From assembly GCF_964355755.1 (NCBI RefSeq), contig NC_092673.1, forward strand, positions 33,043,648-33,107,647: a stretch of DNA of 64,000 bases, in the 5' to 3' direction. This DNA is from Antedon mediterranea (taxonomy: Eukaryota; Animalia; Echinodermata). This document shows, in pieces, positions 24,303 to 36,612 of this stretch. A program made the translations under genes and the position numbers. The notes beneath the pieces were generated by a model, which was not told the DNA's origin, ran no database searches, and saw only the letters and a list, made by a program, of their open reading frames with translations. Within the stretch, counting starts at the first letter, position 1, and the number at the start of each line of letters is the position of its first letter.

Positions 24303-27296
24303 ATTCAATGAAAAATATTTTTTATTAAAAATGTCACTTCCAAATTGAAACGTAATTTAGATATTGCATGTCAGGAAAATTCTCAGAAAGAGGAGGCGAG
24401 TTCCCTTCCTAGTATTTGCTGGGGTCTGGGTACAAGTTACTTGCAACTGTGTAATTTGCATAGTGGGCTAAGGAGTTCACATTCGGTAAGCATAGCGATG
24501 AACAAACAAAACATTTGCATGCAGATAGCGATAAGCAGGATTTATTTGCTATCATCTTAATTTACCATTGTCTAGAGGAATTGTTTTTCTTTTGGACAAA
24601 TACAGAGAAAAAGTAAACCACACTGGTTTTTTACATAAGTTATTTAATTTTAATTTGATTAAATGAGCTCCTCTTTTTTCTCCAATTAAACCAGTTCATC
24701 GTTTCTATAATTACTACAGTACAGTATTTCAGTTAAATCATGAGAATTATTAATCTGAAATATTTTTTATAATTTAAAAATTTCAAAGCATTTCATTAAT
24801 GTAGATGTTTAGTCTGACCATTTTGGTTTTGTCATTTTTATATGTTTGTAAATTTTGTTGTGAATTTTTTAATGTGCTTTTTATAATTCATAAATAACTT
24901 TCCAAAAATAATTGATTTTAAAATTGATCAGCAAATGGTTTATTCTTTAGAATATTTGTTATCAATATAGAATTATGCAACATTTCTTTGCTGTAGATAA
25001 AGATTTAAGATAAGGTTGCTTTATATGGAAATATTGTTTTCCTTCCAATCCCTTTAAAATTTTCCTTTAAGAGGTACCATAATGGGTAAAAGTATGGTAT
25101 GATAATTACCTCATTTGGTGGTATAATATAATAGTTTAATTGAATGTTTGTGAATAGTTTGCGTGACTATGTTATTTTTAATCAACGAAAAATGTAATTA
25201 TAGTTATTTATAAAAACTAATCTGGATATTCTAACACCCAATTATTGTATTAAAATATTTTATCGGTGTATTGATGGCAGACGTGGATATAGACCAGTTC
25301 CTAGGCAATATACCTATTATATTGATCAGACAGGGCAATTTAACATTATTATATTGACCAGACAGGGCAATATAACCAATTATATTGACCGGACAGGGCC
25401 ATATACTGTACGTTGTCGTATTTACAATTATGTGCATCATGCAGGGATAAAATTGAGATTATGTTCCAGGAATATTCCAGAAATTCATTAGTAATACAAT
25501 ATGTATTGTTTATTCGGTTAGAACCACTGTATATAAACATTTTAAATATCCTATTCCTGGTATTTCTAAAGATTTATATAGATTAGAAATTCCTTGAAAA
25601 TCGAAGAATCGCAGTTGATAAACTAAATCGATACGTTATTTCCACACTGAAAACTGAAAATACTCTTCCCTGGTTTAAATAATTTTTTTTTTTAACTGAC
25701 TCAAAAAAGCATACCGCCAGTCGGATATTTAAACATCGGCCGCGTGTCATAGATTATGTCGTCATCGGGAATGATATGTGACGTGTATTTTTTCATTGCT
25801 TGTTGGTGAATTTATATATACCATAAACGATAATAATGTAACGGATTAATTCATTATAACCTCTTTGGTGTGTATGCCTACTTATTTGTTGTTAACCGTT
25901 TGGTTTTATAGCTCATATTTTTATAAATAATACTTTTAATACAATTTTTAACTCGTAGATGACAGCGAGATAGAAATTACAAAACTGCGAAAATTGCCTA
26001 ATTTTGAATATTTTTAACAAATGCCAAAATACGAGAATGTATTTCATTTTTTTTCACATATATTTTTGCACAAATTCTCGTTAAAATTGCAATTGACTTT
26101 GCTCTCATCATATTTAAATATATCATATTATATATAAAACCGGCAATTCAGAGTGACGTGGCTGAAGGTCAGTCTATAATGACTGAACTTCAGTCTTTAT
26201 AGAGTGAGTGACTGATGACGTCACTTCACATTCATACACAAAAGAATCAACACGTAAACGTACATAATCGTCAGTGACGACAAGAAGACGTACAGTCTGA
26301 CGCGCGCATTTAAATGTTGATCATAGTAGAACGATTTGTCTACGCACGTGCGTATTTCTTATAGTTATGGGTTTTTAACACCTGTTCCGGCACGGTTTCG
26401 CGACGCTCCACACGCTTATGCGCCAATCAATATGCGCGTAGCCGAGTAAAAACGAAACATTGACGTTCGTCCGGAATCATGCCGGAACAGGTGTGAAAGA
26501 CCATTTAATAGCGTATCAGTCTTTCGAAACTTCCGTTTTTATTAATAGTTATCCACCATTTCTTATGGTTTACCGTTTCATCATTAATCTTCCGATTCAC
26601 TGGGCATTCGAAAGCCGACTTATTTCACGATAAATATATATTTGATTTCAATGACTGGGAATATAATTGTTAATGGATTGATTGTTATGTGTCAAAATGT
26701 TCTAATCATATTTATATAAACTTTTTGTATAATTGAGAAATGAAAATTAATGCAATATATATTATATCTTTTATATTTATCGAATCATGACAAATCAGCT
26801 CCAATTGTTGAAAACTATATTTATATAAAATAATTATTGTAAGGCTTTTGCAGTTAGATGGATCACTAATTTTAATGCAAAACTGAATAGTTCTATCTGT
26901 TTATTGGTATAAAAGGTGGTAAAATGTAGCTTGTGATTTAGAATAATAAAATTTACTAAAAGAATATCAGTTCTGTTAAAAATGTTTTCGGGCATCGTAC
27001 GTCAGAAACGGCGCTAGTTCCCAACTTTCCTTGAATGTGCGTCCAAGCCTCCAATCATCCGTTCAGGCTTACTTTATTTACCTGATAAGGTTTAAGGACC
27101 AATTATCGCTAACTGGGGCTGTGTTTCCGCAGCCAAAAATTAACCAATAAACTGCCTGTGGAAACGGGGTTAAACCGATTCCACTTGAAAACAATTAATC
27201 GGTAATTATCTCATTCAAATCAGAATATTATCGGATAATTATTGCGATGTGATTGCGTCTCTGGTTTTTTGGTAATGACTGATCATGCGCACTTTA

Positions 27297-27455
27297 TTGG
27301 TTTCCACTAGGATGCAACGCAAGGACGTACGTAGACAAAACGTAAGTGAGTTGACCAATCACAAGAGATGGATTATTCGAACTGTCGCTTGTCATTGGTC
27401 CGCATGCTTGCGTTGCGTTTACGTCTTTGCGTTGCGTCCTAGTGGGAACCAAGCT
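27297..27455. mobile_element. Palindromic MITE family B copy
   Basis: TTGGTTTCCACTAGGATGCAACGCAA...TTGCGTTGCGTCCTAGTGGGAACCAA long inverted repeats. Confidence 0.75.
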
Positions 27456-27553
27456 TTATGCATACAGCCCACACTATATCGGTATCAAACAATAAAGTAA
27501 CTACTGTTTACTGAATTAAATTATGATTTATTATCACTTTTTTTTATAATATT

Positions 27554-28396
27554 TTAACATTTTAAGTTACTTTTGTATTTTAATACAGATAGTAATATAT
27601 TAAAGGCTTGCTTGTCCTTGGCTTTTGACTTGCAGATAAATGGTAGGCGGTTGCCGCATGGTGCAGCATGCCATACACCTCCATGACTCTTGAATATTGC
27701 CGTGCATTCAGTAGGCGTGTGGAACAAGCCTAGCACGTGTGTAGGTTGCGATTTGTCCCAATAAGCGAACGTATACAGAGAGCCGTCAAGCCAAATGGTC
27801 CACTTATTTTTTTTACTATATTTCATTCCAATCCAGTAGAATCCAATTTTAATTATTTTTTTCAGTAACACGTTCTCTTCCATCGAAGTAATGGACGTTA
27901 ATTGCCCGTGTAATTTCTAGAAGTTGGAAAATATGTTAAATCATTAGACGTGGCGTAGTACTATACACAGAACAAATCGAGGCTGTTGGGGACATCTCTA
28001 TCAAGATGACAACAACGTACAACGAGCAATATAAAATTAATGTTTTAACACTATGTCAAATCCTTATTTATCAATATAGGGACACTTGGTTGGTTCGTTG
28101 GTTCCTAACTAACGGTGTCCCCTCCCGTGTCCCCTTAATAAGGGTTACTGTACATAGATTCAGTCTGTTTTAGTTTTATGATTCTCATATATTTTGGTCG
28201 ATGGTGATTTTTTTAAACTTAGCGTGTGTTGTTGATGCCTACTTACCGTTTCACAGTGTTTCTTCGCGGCAGAAAATGTATGAGCAGTTTCAACTACAAC
28301 GTAACAGTATCCGTTTAACTCGGCATCACAAGCAAACGAAATTTCTAGAGTGGACAATACAAAAATAACCCCGATAATTTGTCCAACAACGACCAT
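27554..28396 (-). CDS. Secreted single-domain C-type lectin-like protein, 2 exons, ~170 aa
   Basis: Exon 1 (28396-28247) encodes a signal peptide plus NGYCY...TFSAAKKHCET, donor GTAAGT. Exon 2 (27916-27554) encodes GQLTSITSMEEN, YWIGM, WLDGS, W..SQP, EC, WHAAPC...PFICK. Phase-0 join. Confidence 0.85.
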
Positions 28397-29389
28397 GATT
28401 GTCTGATTCTGTTGAATACAGTATCTATCTGGTTAGACACGAGCTAGTAGGACGGAGCTGTTGGAGAGTATACAGGTGTCAAACATACAAGCCGTGTATT
28501 TCTTAAATTTGCATATTTGTATATATCCACGGGGTTATCCACGGACGCGTAGTGTATTGATCGAAATATTTGTTTGTTGAATTATGGAGGAATCCTCCAT
28601 GGTCGTTGAATAAAGTTTGGAAAGAAAAATTGGATTGTCTGCAAAGTAGCATATGCTCTCGGAAGATTCATTGCACTGCTTTAATTCCTAATAGACAGGT
28701 AGGTCTTGTAATTTTATAAGTCATTTAAAAATGATTATTGTGTAAACTTGTAATAATAGTATTTCATGCCTGACTGACTACAGGTAGTCGTCACGCTCCG
28801 ATTATTTGTCATTTACAGATACACATTAAACCCCCTTCCCTACATGTAAGGGGGTTGGGGATATTCGACGCTTTCTCTTGAAAGGAACGAGTGAAAATAC
28901 AGGTTTAGCACACCAACCCCTCACCCTAGTGGGACATTTCTATGAGAGGGACGCTAATGTGTCCCATTAATAGGCTACGTATTATAATAAGACTTTGTTT
29001 ATGTAGAGCATCTCGTGTATATGGTTGTCTGTGATCGGGATTGCCACCTTTGAAAAGGATAGCGAATGAATTCACGTGGACATTTTCCTGAAATGAGAAT
29101 AAATAAATAAATGAAATAAATAAATGCAATAAGACAAAAAGCAAAAACATTTTCTAATTTAGGCCTCATATGAAATATGTTAATTTATTAAGTCGAATTA
29201 TTGTTTTTTTAACATCTTTTTCCTTTGAGCGGATTACAAAAATACTATTATGAATTATATTGTACTACATACAATTCAACAACTGTCATACATTTTATTT
29301 TTTTGGGGGGGTGGGGGGGGGGTTGCATTCTTTTTTCTAGTCGCATGCTAGCAAATAATTATATTTTGTTCATAACATTTTGTTTACTA

Positions 29390-30630
29390 TGCCTATACTT
29401 ATTAGATAAGTTAAGATTTATGGTATAAGAGGAGTTCCGCTAAACTGGTTCTCAAACTATCTTAAAAAAAGACTACAATACACATTTATTTTTAATACTG
29501 CATCTAGTAAAATGACAGTAAACACTGGAGTTCCTCAGGGATCCATATTGGGTCCATTATTATTTCTTATATTCATTAATGATATTAGTCTAGCATGTAA
29601 CCATGTAGACATGATTATGTATGCAGATGACACAAATGTGTTTTATAGTCACAATGATATTACTCAAGCTTTTGATACAATGAACCAGGAGTTATCTATA
29701 CTTTCGGACTGGTTTATTGCTAACAAATTAACGCTAAATGTAAACAAATCAAAATATGTTATATTTAAGGCTAGAAATAAGTCAGCTGACACTACCTCAC
29801 TAGAATTGAGGATGGGAAATGAATGTATAGTAAAAGCTACTGAAGTTAAATTTCTAGGCTTATTTCTGGATGAAACTTTATCGTTTAATTTTCATGTAAA
29901 TGAGGTAGCAAACAGTATTTCTAGAATAATTGGTGTCTTAAACAAAGTGTTAACGGTATACAATGCACTTATATTACCTAGAATATCGTATGCTATCACA
30001 GTATGGGGTGCTACTTCTGCTACAAACCTAAACCGTATACATATTCTCCAGAAAAAAGCACTTAGAAATATTTGTCATGTTCATTTTATGCATCCTTCTG
30101 ATCCACTTTTTATTTCAACCCAAACATTAAATATTTTTGACCTTTATACGAAACACACTGCTATATTTATGTATCAATATAAACATAATCTATTACCTGA
30201 ATCATTTAATAACTTATTTAGTACATCTGCCTCATTCCATAATTACTCAACTAGAAACAGGTCAAACTACTGTCCACAACTAAAACGCACCAAAGTCGGA
30301 CAGCAATGTATTTCCTACCAAGGAACACATATTTGGAACAATTTAACAGACTATAATAAAACAATCCCCCACTTTAAGTTTGTTTAAACAGAGATTAAAG
30401 CAATATTATAACAATAGAAATATTTAAGTTAAGTAAATCACATTATGTTATTTTGGTTTGTTCTTTTTGTTTGTACTAATTGTTTGATCTTTTTGTTAGG
30501 GTTACATGCTTAAAGCACTTGTGCTTATTTTGTATCCCATTCCATTATCTTATTATTTGTATTGTATTTGTATATGTTTTTATTTTGATTATGGAATAAA
30601 AATGTCGATGAATTGAATTGAAATTGAATA
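29390..30630 (+). mobile_element. 5'-truncated CR1/L2-group LINE (reverse transcriptase fragment)
   Basis: ORF 29512-30387 contains GVPQGSILGPLLFLIFIND, MYADDT, LNVNKSK, KFLGLFLD and WNNL; frameshifted upstream LLDKL..GVPLNWF; 3' AATAAA plus (AATTG)n tail near 30595-30630. Confidence 0.9.
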
Positions 30631-30692
30631 TTTAATGTTTTTATTAAGATAACATTATATATTTATCCAAAGAAAAATTATTAAATTAATGT

Positions 30693-30920
30693 ACAATGCT
30701 GATGTCGATATCAGTGCCTGGATCTCAATGCAACGGAGATATAAATAAAATAAGCAATGAAAAAAATACAATGCTGTGGGTATCAGTGGCTGGATCTCAA
30801 TGGAGATACCAATAAAATAAGCACTGAAAACATGACAATGCTGTGGGTATCAGTGCCTGGATCTCAATGAAGATATAAATCGAATAAACAGAAACCTAGA
30901 TTAAAACAGCAGCAGAAAGA
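30693..30920. repeat. Triplicated dispersed-repeat motif
   Basis: ACAATGCTGTGGGTATCAGTG(C/G)CTGGATCTCAATG occurs three times at ~70-bp spacing (first copy diverged); single copies at ~16257 and ~19234. Confidence 0.75.
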
Positions 30921-30997
30921 AGGTGCTTTCAGAAAAAACTTTCTTCGTCAGCACTAATTTATTTTTATTTCTATATTCACACAATTTTATTATTAAG

Positions 30998-31858
30998 TCA
31001 TCTTCCACTTTTTGCATTAGCAGATATTTCACCAGTTTCATCAGTCATTTTCCGAAACTTTTTAAAAACGTGTTTCAATTCCTGTTGCTCCTTTTGTTCT
31101 ATAGACATCACGTGTTCAATTTCTTCCATGTCGTGCGTAAATTCATCCTGCAGTTTTCTAATCGTTTCCTTCTTTTCTCCATCTTTCATATTTCCAACAT
31201 GTAAGTTCTTCAGCTTGTGTTCCATCTCTTTTTCTGTCTCGTAGACGTCCCTCATGCCTTGCATTTCTTGATGGTTCCTTTTGTATTTGACACCAAGACG
31301 TTGGCGTAACAAAGACATGCTGTGACTCTTGTCTTTCTCGGACAAATCCGAGCTTTTGATTCGTCTAATCTGTTCTAACACGTGACTGCGGAGGCCATGT
31401 GCCACTCCAGCATCGCCCTAAAATGTCAAGAAAATAATGTGTTACCCGAAGTGTTTATGGGTTTTAAAAAAATACAGCATAAATACGTATTCTACCAAAC
31501 TACTGTAGTTGAATCTTCATAAAATAGTGGCAATTGATGCGCGCGTTAATAAGCTGTTGATAATGGCACGTATCTTGCACGCGCGCGTTAAATGTGTGTC
31601 TCGGTACGTGTGGTCTCTTTGTGCGCACTCTGTGTGCGTTATGTTTTAAATTGTTAATAATCAAAGACTTTAAAGCGCTATATGAATCTTTGATAATAAT
31701 AGCAGAATTATTTCCTCCTTGGTAATATCAAACAATATGACATTTAACAAATAAGTCTTGTAATAATAATTGTATGTAATCGTACTTACCACAGTTTCTG
31801 CATGTACAGATATTATAACTGCAAACCACATAAACAAAAACGCAACTTTAATATGCAT
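30998..31858 (-). CDS. Orphan secreted alpha-helical protein A, 2 exons, 162 aa
   Basis: Exon 1 (31858-31790) is MHIKVAFLFMWFAVIISVHAETV, signal-peptide-like, donor GTAAGT. Exon 2 (31417-30998) follows a TTTTAG acceptor in phase. Clear paralogy to the gene at 32624-34347. Confidence 0.8.
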
Positions 31859-32370
31859 GTTTAGTGGTGTAACATAAAGAAATGAATGATGTATATTTTC
31901 ACCTCGAACGATGATCTTTTAAAACCGTAATGAGCCCGAATCAATAGGGTCGATTGTAGCATTCGTTTCTATAGGAACCACTGGTGTTGTATAACCTGTC
32001 CATTAAAATTACTTCAAATCGATATGAATAATTTACAATGGACGTGGTTGGTATCTAGGATATTTGAAAGGGGCATTGTCATAATTATTTATAACCACAA
32101 TACTTTTTCACTAACAATAAAAGAAAAGCTGTTATTGTATTTTATTTATTGCCTTAAAAAACATACAAAAGTAAGTAGAATTAGAATGTACAGTATAAGA
32201 TTAATGTAATATGCTAATACTGTATTTAAATTCAAATAATGACACAACTCACTCTAAATAGTGTTATTTGTTGAATGAACAATCACAATGCATAGAATAC
32301 ACATGCAGTAGACAGTGTGTGTATGATTACCAAACAGCTTGCTGAACATGGTTTAAAGAAACAAATGTAT

Positions 32371-32507
32371 TCTACACTATCAAAATAGTTAGACAAAGTG
32401 TGACGTTCCCGAATAGAATAATGATTTGACATCATCATGTCCATATATTATGGGCACATCACATTAATTTTTCTTGACACATAAAGTTTGATAGTGTAGA
32501 CAAAGCT
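32371..32507. mobile_element. Tourist-like MITE family A copy (degenerate)
   Basis: TCTACACTATCAAA...CATCATCATGTCCATATA...TTTGATAGTGTAGACAAAGCT. Confidence 0.7.
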
Positions 32508-32623
32508 ACGGTATAGAGTTTATTGGAACTTAATTGTAAATAACTGCAGTACGTAGGCCATAGCGTGTGCTTCTGGGATTAAGTGTTTAATTGATTTGTT
32601 TTTTATTTGGCCTAGCTCCTCGT

Positions 32624-34347
32624 TTACTCTTTTTGTGATGCTGCCTTCTTCTTTCCGATGGCACCTTTACTCTTTATTTTCTTGAAGAGTTCTACCAACT
32701 CATGATGTTCCTTTTCTTCGGCTGACAATAGTTTCTTAATCACTTCAGTCTCCTGCGTGATTTCTTTCTCTAGATTTCCAATTGACATTGTCTTATCTTC
32801 TTCTGGCATATCGTCAAGCTTTACGTTCTTCAGTTTGTCTGCCATTTTCTGCTGTTTCTCATAGACAACTTTGAGACCTAAAATCTCTTTGGTAGTTCTT
32901 TTGTACTCATCCTGAAGATGTTTTCGAATCTTATTCAATTTACCCGGTTTCTGCAAAATCAATAAAAACAACATGTCTTTATTTTTAGGCCAAGATAATT
33001 CCAGATTAATTTGTTAACCCTGGGTTATTTTTGGTTCCATGTCGTTGCGCCGACAAGGTTTGAAATGCATAGGCAGGCTTCTAGCTTCTAGCAGAGCTAT
33101 TGTATTTTTAAGATTTACTTTAAGATTGATTAATTGTAAGTGATAGGCCTATTCTCTAATTAAAATTTATAATGAATCTCTACCAATTGAAATAAGTTTC
33201 AATATTTATTATTTATTAACTATTAACAGAATATTTATTAATACTGGATAAATATAAAACGTAACTTAACTAAATCGTACCGTAATCCGAATAATTAAAG
33301 TTGGTGACTACAGTATAATAAAACGATGAAACGAATTTAGACTTGTACAATAAAAATAATGGGTGTCTCCAAGTTAAAAAGAAACACGACGCTTGGCAGT
33401 GATCCGTTCCTACAGCCTTTGTGAGGAGGAATTAACGCCATTCTCTATCTGTCTCTAAACTCCTTTTAGTCATCAAGTTGAGCCGCCGACAAGTTGAGCC
33501 GCCACCAGAAAAACGTTATTTTTTATGGAACGCCAAATGCTAACTTTCGCCGGTGCTCGTTCTATTTATATTATTAAGGGATTGATGTACATTCAAAAGT
33601 TTATATATCATGGTTTTTAGTATATATATTATAAAATATTATAATTAAAGAAATAATTATGAAAATCTGGCTTGTATATTCCAAAATATAAAACATCACC
33701 GAAAGTGATCGTTTTTAGCCAAAAATGACGTAAACATGTTGCCCCTCAGTCGGCAGTTGTATGAACTAGGCTTACTCCATTTTTCGGTAAAATAATTACA
33801 TAAAATCACGTTTTTTAGTAAAATATTTTGTGTATTAACATTGTAAAATTCAATAAAATATGATATTAAAAGATTAGTAAATAAAAAATAATATTTATTT
33901 AACCTCATTCGAAGAATGTTAATACTCTATTAATTAGTCCTGAGAGAGGACAACGTGACTTTACGTGGTAGGCCTACACGTGGCGAGAAAAATTATGAGT
34001 GCACTGAATTTTTTCCTCGAAAGATTAAAAACAATTACATTATTAAATATTACTACTTTCCTTTGCTGTGTTGTTAATTATAATATGTAATTATATATTA
34101 TTTATTTTCATGACACAATAAACCAAGACCATGAACTTATGTACTAGGACACCATCCTAATCACTACGCGAAATGTCGTAAAAGACGCATGCACTGGGCG
34201 TTTCATAGAAATCACCGGCGGCTCAACTTGTCGGCGGCCCAACCGGTCATATCCCAAACAGAATTGTTTTTAACTTACGAATGCTTCAACTTGTAATGTT
34301 AAAATCACTATAAATGTCAGGAAAATAAGTCCAGTTTTGGCGTCCAT
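32624..34347 (-). CDS. Orphan secreted alpha-helical protein B, 2 exons, 131 aa
   Basis: Exon 1 (34347-34279) is MDAKTGLIFLTFIVILTLQVEAF, 69 nt like gene A, donor GTAAGT. Exon 2 (32950-32624) follows a TTTTGCAG acceptor, phase 0. Aligns to protein A without gaps. Confidence 0.8.
33477..34243. mobile_element. Non-autonomous TIR element in the intron of gene B
   Basis: GTTGAGCCGCCGACAAGTTGAGCCGCC (33477-33503) versus GGCGGCTCAACTTGTCGGCGGCCCAAC (34217-34243): a 27-bp inverted repeat with 1 mismatch. Confidence 0.7.
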
Positions 34348-35745
34348 TTCAACGGTTATTTTCTGAACGAAGATGTTGTTTCAAGAGTCGAGTTCACACA
34401 ACCTGTTTCGAGACCTCCAAGTTTGCTAATGGGATTTAACATTGATGTGAATCGATGAAAACAATTCCATTGTGACATTCATTTTCTATGAAAACAATCA
34501 AGTGTTATGTAACATTGAATGTCGATTCAAGCTAGGCCTATTCACTACATTGTGTGAAGGATGCAAAGACAAAGAACTCCCCCTGTAAACGCCCTTGGTG
34601 CGTGCATGGTATTTTGTCACCTCCCTCCTGCTTGGTGGCTTGGTGTTTTATTTTGAATCATCGTATTGTTACGTCAGTAAGAACTGTAACTTTTTCTTAG
34701 AATGTAAAAAACCTGCACAAGAATTAATTCATTTCAGTTGAATACGAATAATTATACTAGATATATTGTCTTAAAAAATAATTTCATTTTGTTGTTGAAT
34801 GTTATTTTAATGTTACATAATAGTTATTCACTTTGACCAACAAAAAACAAGATGGAAAAAAATTGATTTATCTGAAAGAAATGCAATTTAGGCTAAACCA
34901 AAAAATACTTAAATTTAGACAATGAGTTAAAATTAACCGTTTATTTTTGTCTTTTTATAAGTGAAATTATTATTTTTTTATTCTACAGAAGTGAATAACT
35001 TGATTAAAACTGCAAAATGGCCTATTAAAGGTCTGATTTTAAACTCATGTTTTTTATTTGTGAAATGTTTCGATCATTTTTAAATTTACTTTTTATCGGC
35101 AGTTTATAACCAAAGATTTCTGTTTGAAAATAATTACTACATATCCAGGTAATGTATCCGCCTACTGAATCTACGCCCTCTAATATTACAGACAGACGTA
35201 TAACTTGTTGGCTTAAATAATATTTCGACGTTCAGTAGGCCTACCCGGTGAAGTGTAGGTGCATGGATATTTTACACACTATAGTATACATTTTCTGTTT
35301 CTTCTATTTCATGCATTTTTTATATACTATCAATATACATAATATCAGGTGTTATCATACTATAATAAGATAAAACTTTATTGAACAACGCAGTTTGTAG
35401 GCCTATCTGTGTGGTGGTGGTGCGTTCATTAAATAACAAAGCAATAACAAACTAAAAGAAAGAAAAAAAAAGTATAAAAAATAATATATAAATCTTAAAT
35501 AAGAAAGGAGCGAAATACAACTTAAAACTAAAGAGAACTTGTTACTGAGTAGGCGCGCCTATATGCATGGGACCAAAGATACGGACGACTCGAGAGAGTT
35601 ACAATTGGTCTCTGGCACTTGAGGGCGGCCTAGCAAATTTGCATCGCCGCAACTCGCGCAACACAACAAAATCTGTGATGTTGTATTGTAATAACATAAC
35701 AAATTGAAAATTAAAATGTGTAAAAGCACTTGATAAGTTTAAAAG

Positions 35746-35797
35746 ATGGATAACGAAAATTTTAAATCAAGCTATGCGAAACTATCATCAGGGTCAG
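35746..35797 (+). CDS. Candidate alternative first coding exon of the TIR-TMEM268 gene (MDNENFKSSYAKLSSGS)
   Basis: AAGATGG start context, 52 nt ending in phase 1 at consensus donor CAG|GTGAGT, downstream of a GC-richer promoter-like patch (~35540-35660); phase matches acceptors at 45069, 48831 and 57579. Confidence 0.5.
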
Positions 35798-36399
35798 GTG
35801 AGTAAAGTGTACAGTTAACCCAGAAACGCATTTTTATTTAGGAAACTTTATTTCATCAATTACTTTTGATTCACCTTTTTAGGCCTTACCTTTTCGGCAG
35901 TGGTAGGCCCGCCTCCGCCGTGTGGTCCCCACAAAAGAAACCATTTCCCTGGTGGTGGTGATTCCGGAAACTCCCAAAGGTCATACGTTTTTGGAGCCCT
36001 ATCACATTTTGAAGCGGCTTAGTACAGTAGGCCCTAGCGAGCAAGTCAGAATAAAATGAACAATACCCTCCTAACTAGGTCCTAGGTTACAATTGTAAAT
36101 ATTGTTGAGTAGGCTAGACTAGAAATGTTTTTTTTTATAGATTTTTGTTGTTTTATTGCTTGTCACTATAAATAGCTAGGCTAGCCCTAGGCCTAGGTAT
36201 ATACTGTAGGCCCACATACAGTCAGTTTAAGCCTATTAAATTATAAAAAGTATTTACTCGCATAAGATATTTAGGTTGAGTGCTGGTCATCTCGTCATAT
36301 CCAACAAGCTAACCCGTACCTACTGTGCTGTATACCATCTCATACTCAACTTGGAAAACCTGTATATAATCAGCTATCAATCTTGGCAAACTTGTAGTT

Positions 36400-36612
36400 G
36401 TAACCAGGCCAACTCGTTTTCTTTTGCAGCACCCACACTCTGGAATTCACTCCCCCCACAAATTAAACACTGCTCTTCTGTTGCCTTATTTAAAAAATTG
36501 CTCAAAACTCATTTTTTCGACCACTAACATGCCCAGCGCCTTTGATTTTGTACCTCGGTCTTTGAATTGACGCTTTATAAATTTTGATATAAATAATAAT
36601 AATAATAATAAT
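36400..36612 (+). mobile_element. L2-type LINE 3' end
   Basis: SFSFAAPTLWNSLPPQIK..SSVALFKKLLKTHFF followed by CAGCGCCTTTGA...CGCTTTATAAA and a (TAA)n tail. Confidence 0.8.

Noticed and set aside
29512-30387. Retron/DGR-like or domesticated reverse transcriptase acting with the neighbouring lectin
   Set aside because: Ordinary 5'-truncated, frameshifted CR1/L2-group LINE with its own 3' tail; no template/variable repeat pair is visible in the lectin gene.
30923-31204. Plus-strand 93-aa hydrophobic ORF
   Set aside because: Antisense shadow of the Lys/Glu-rich exon of gene A; no ATG start or splice support.
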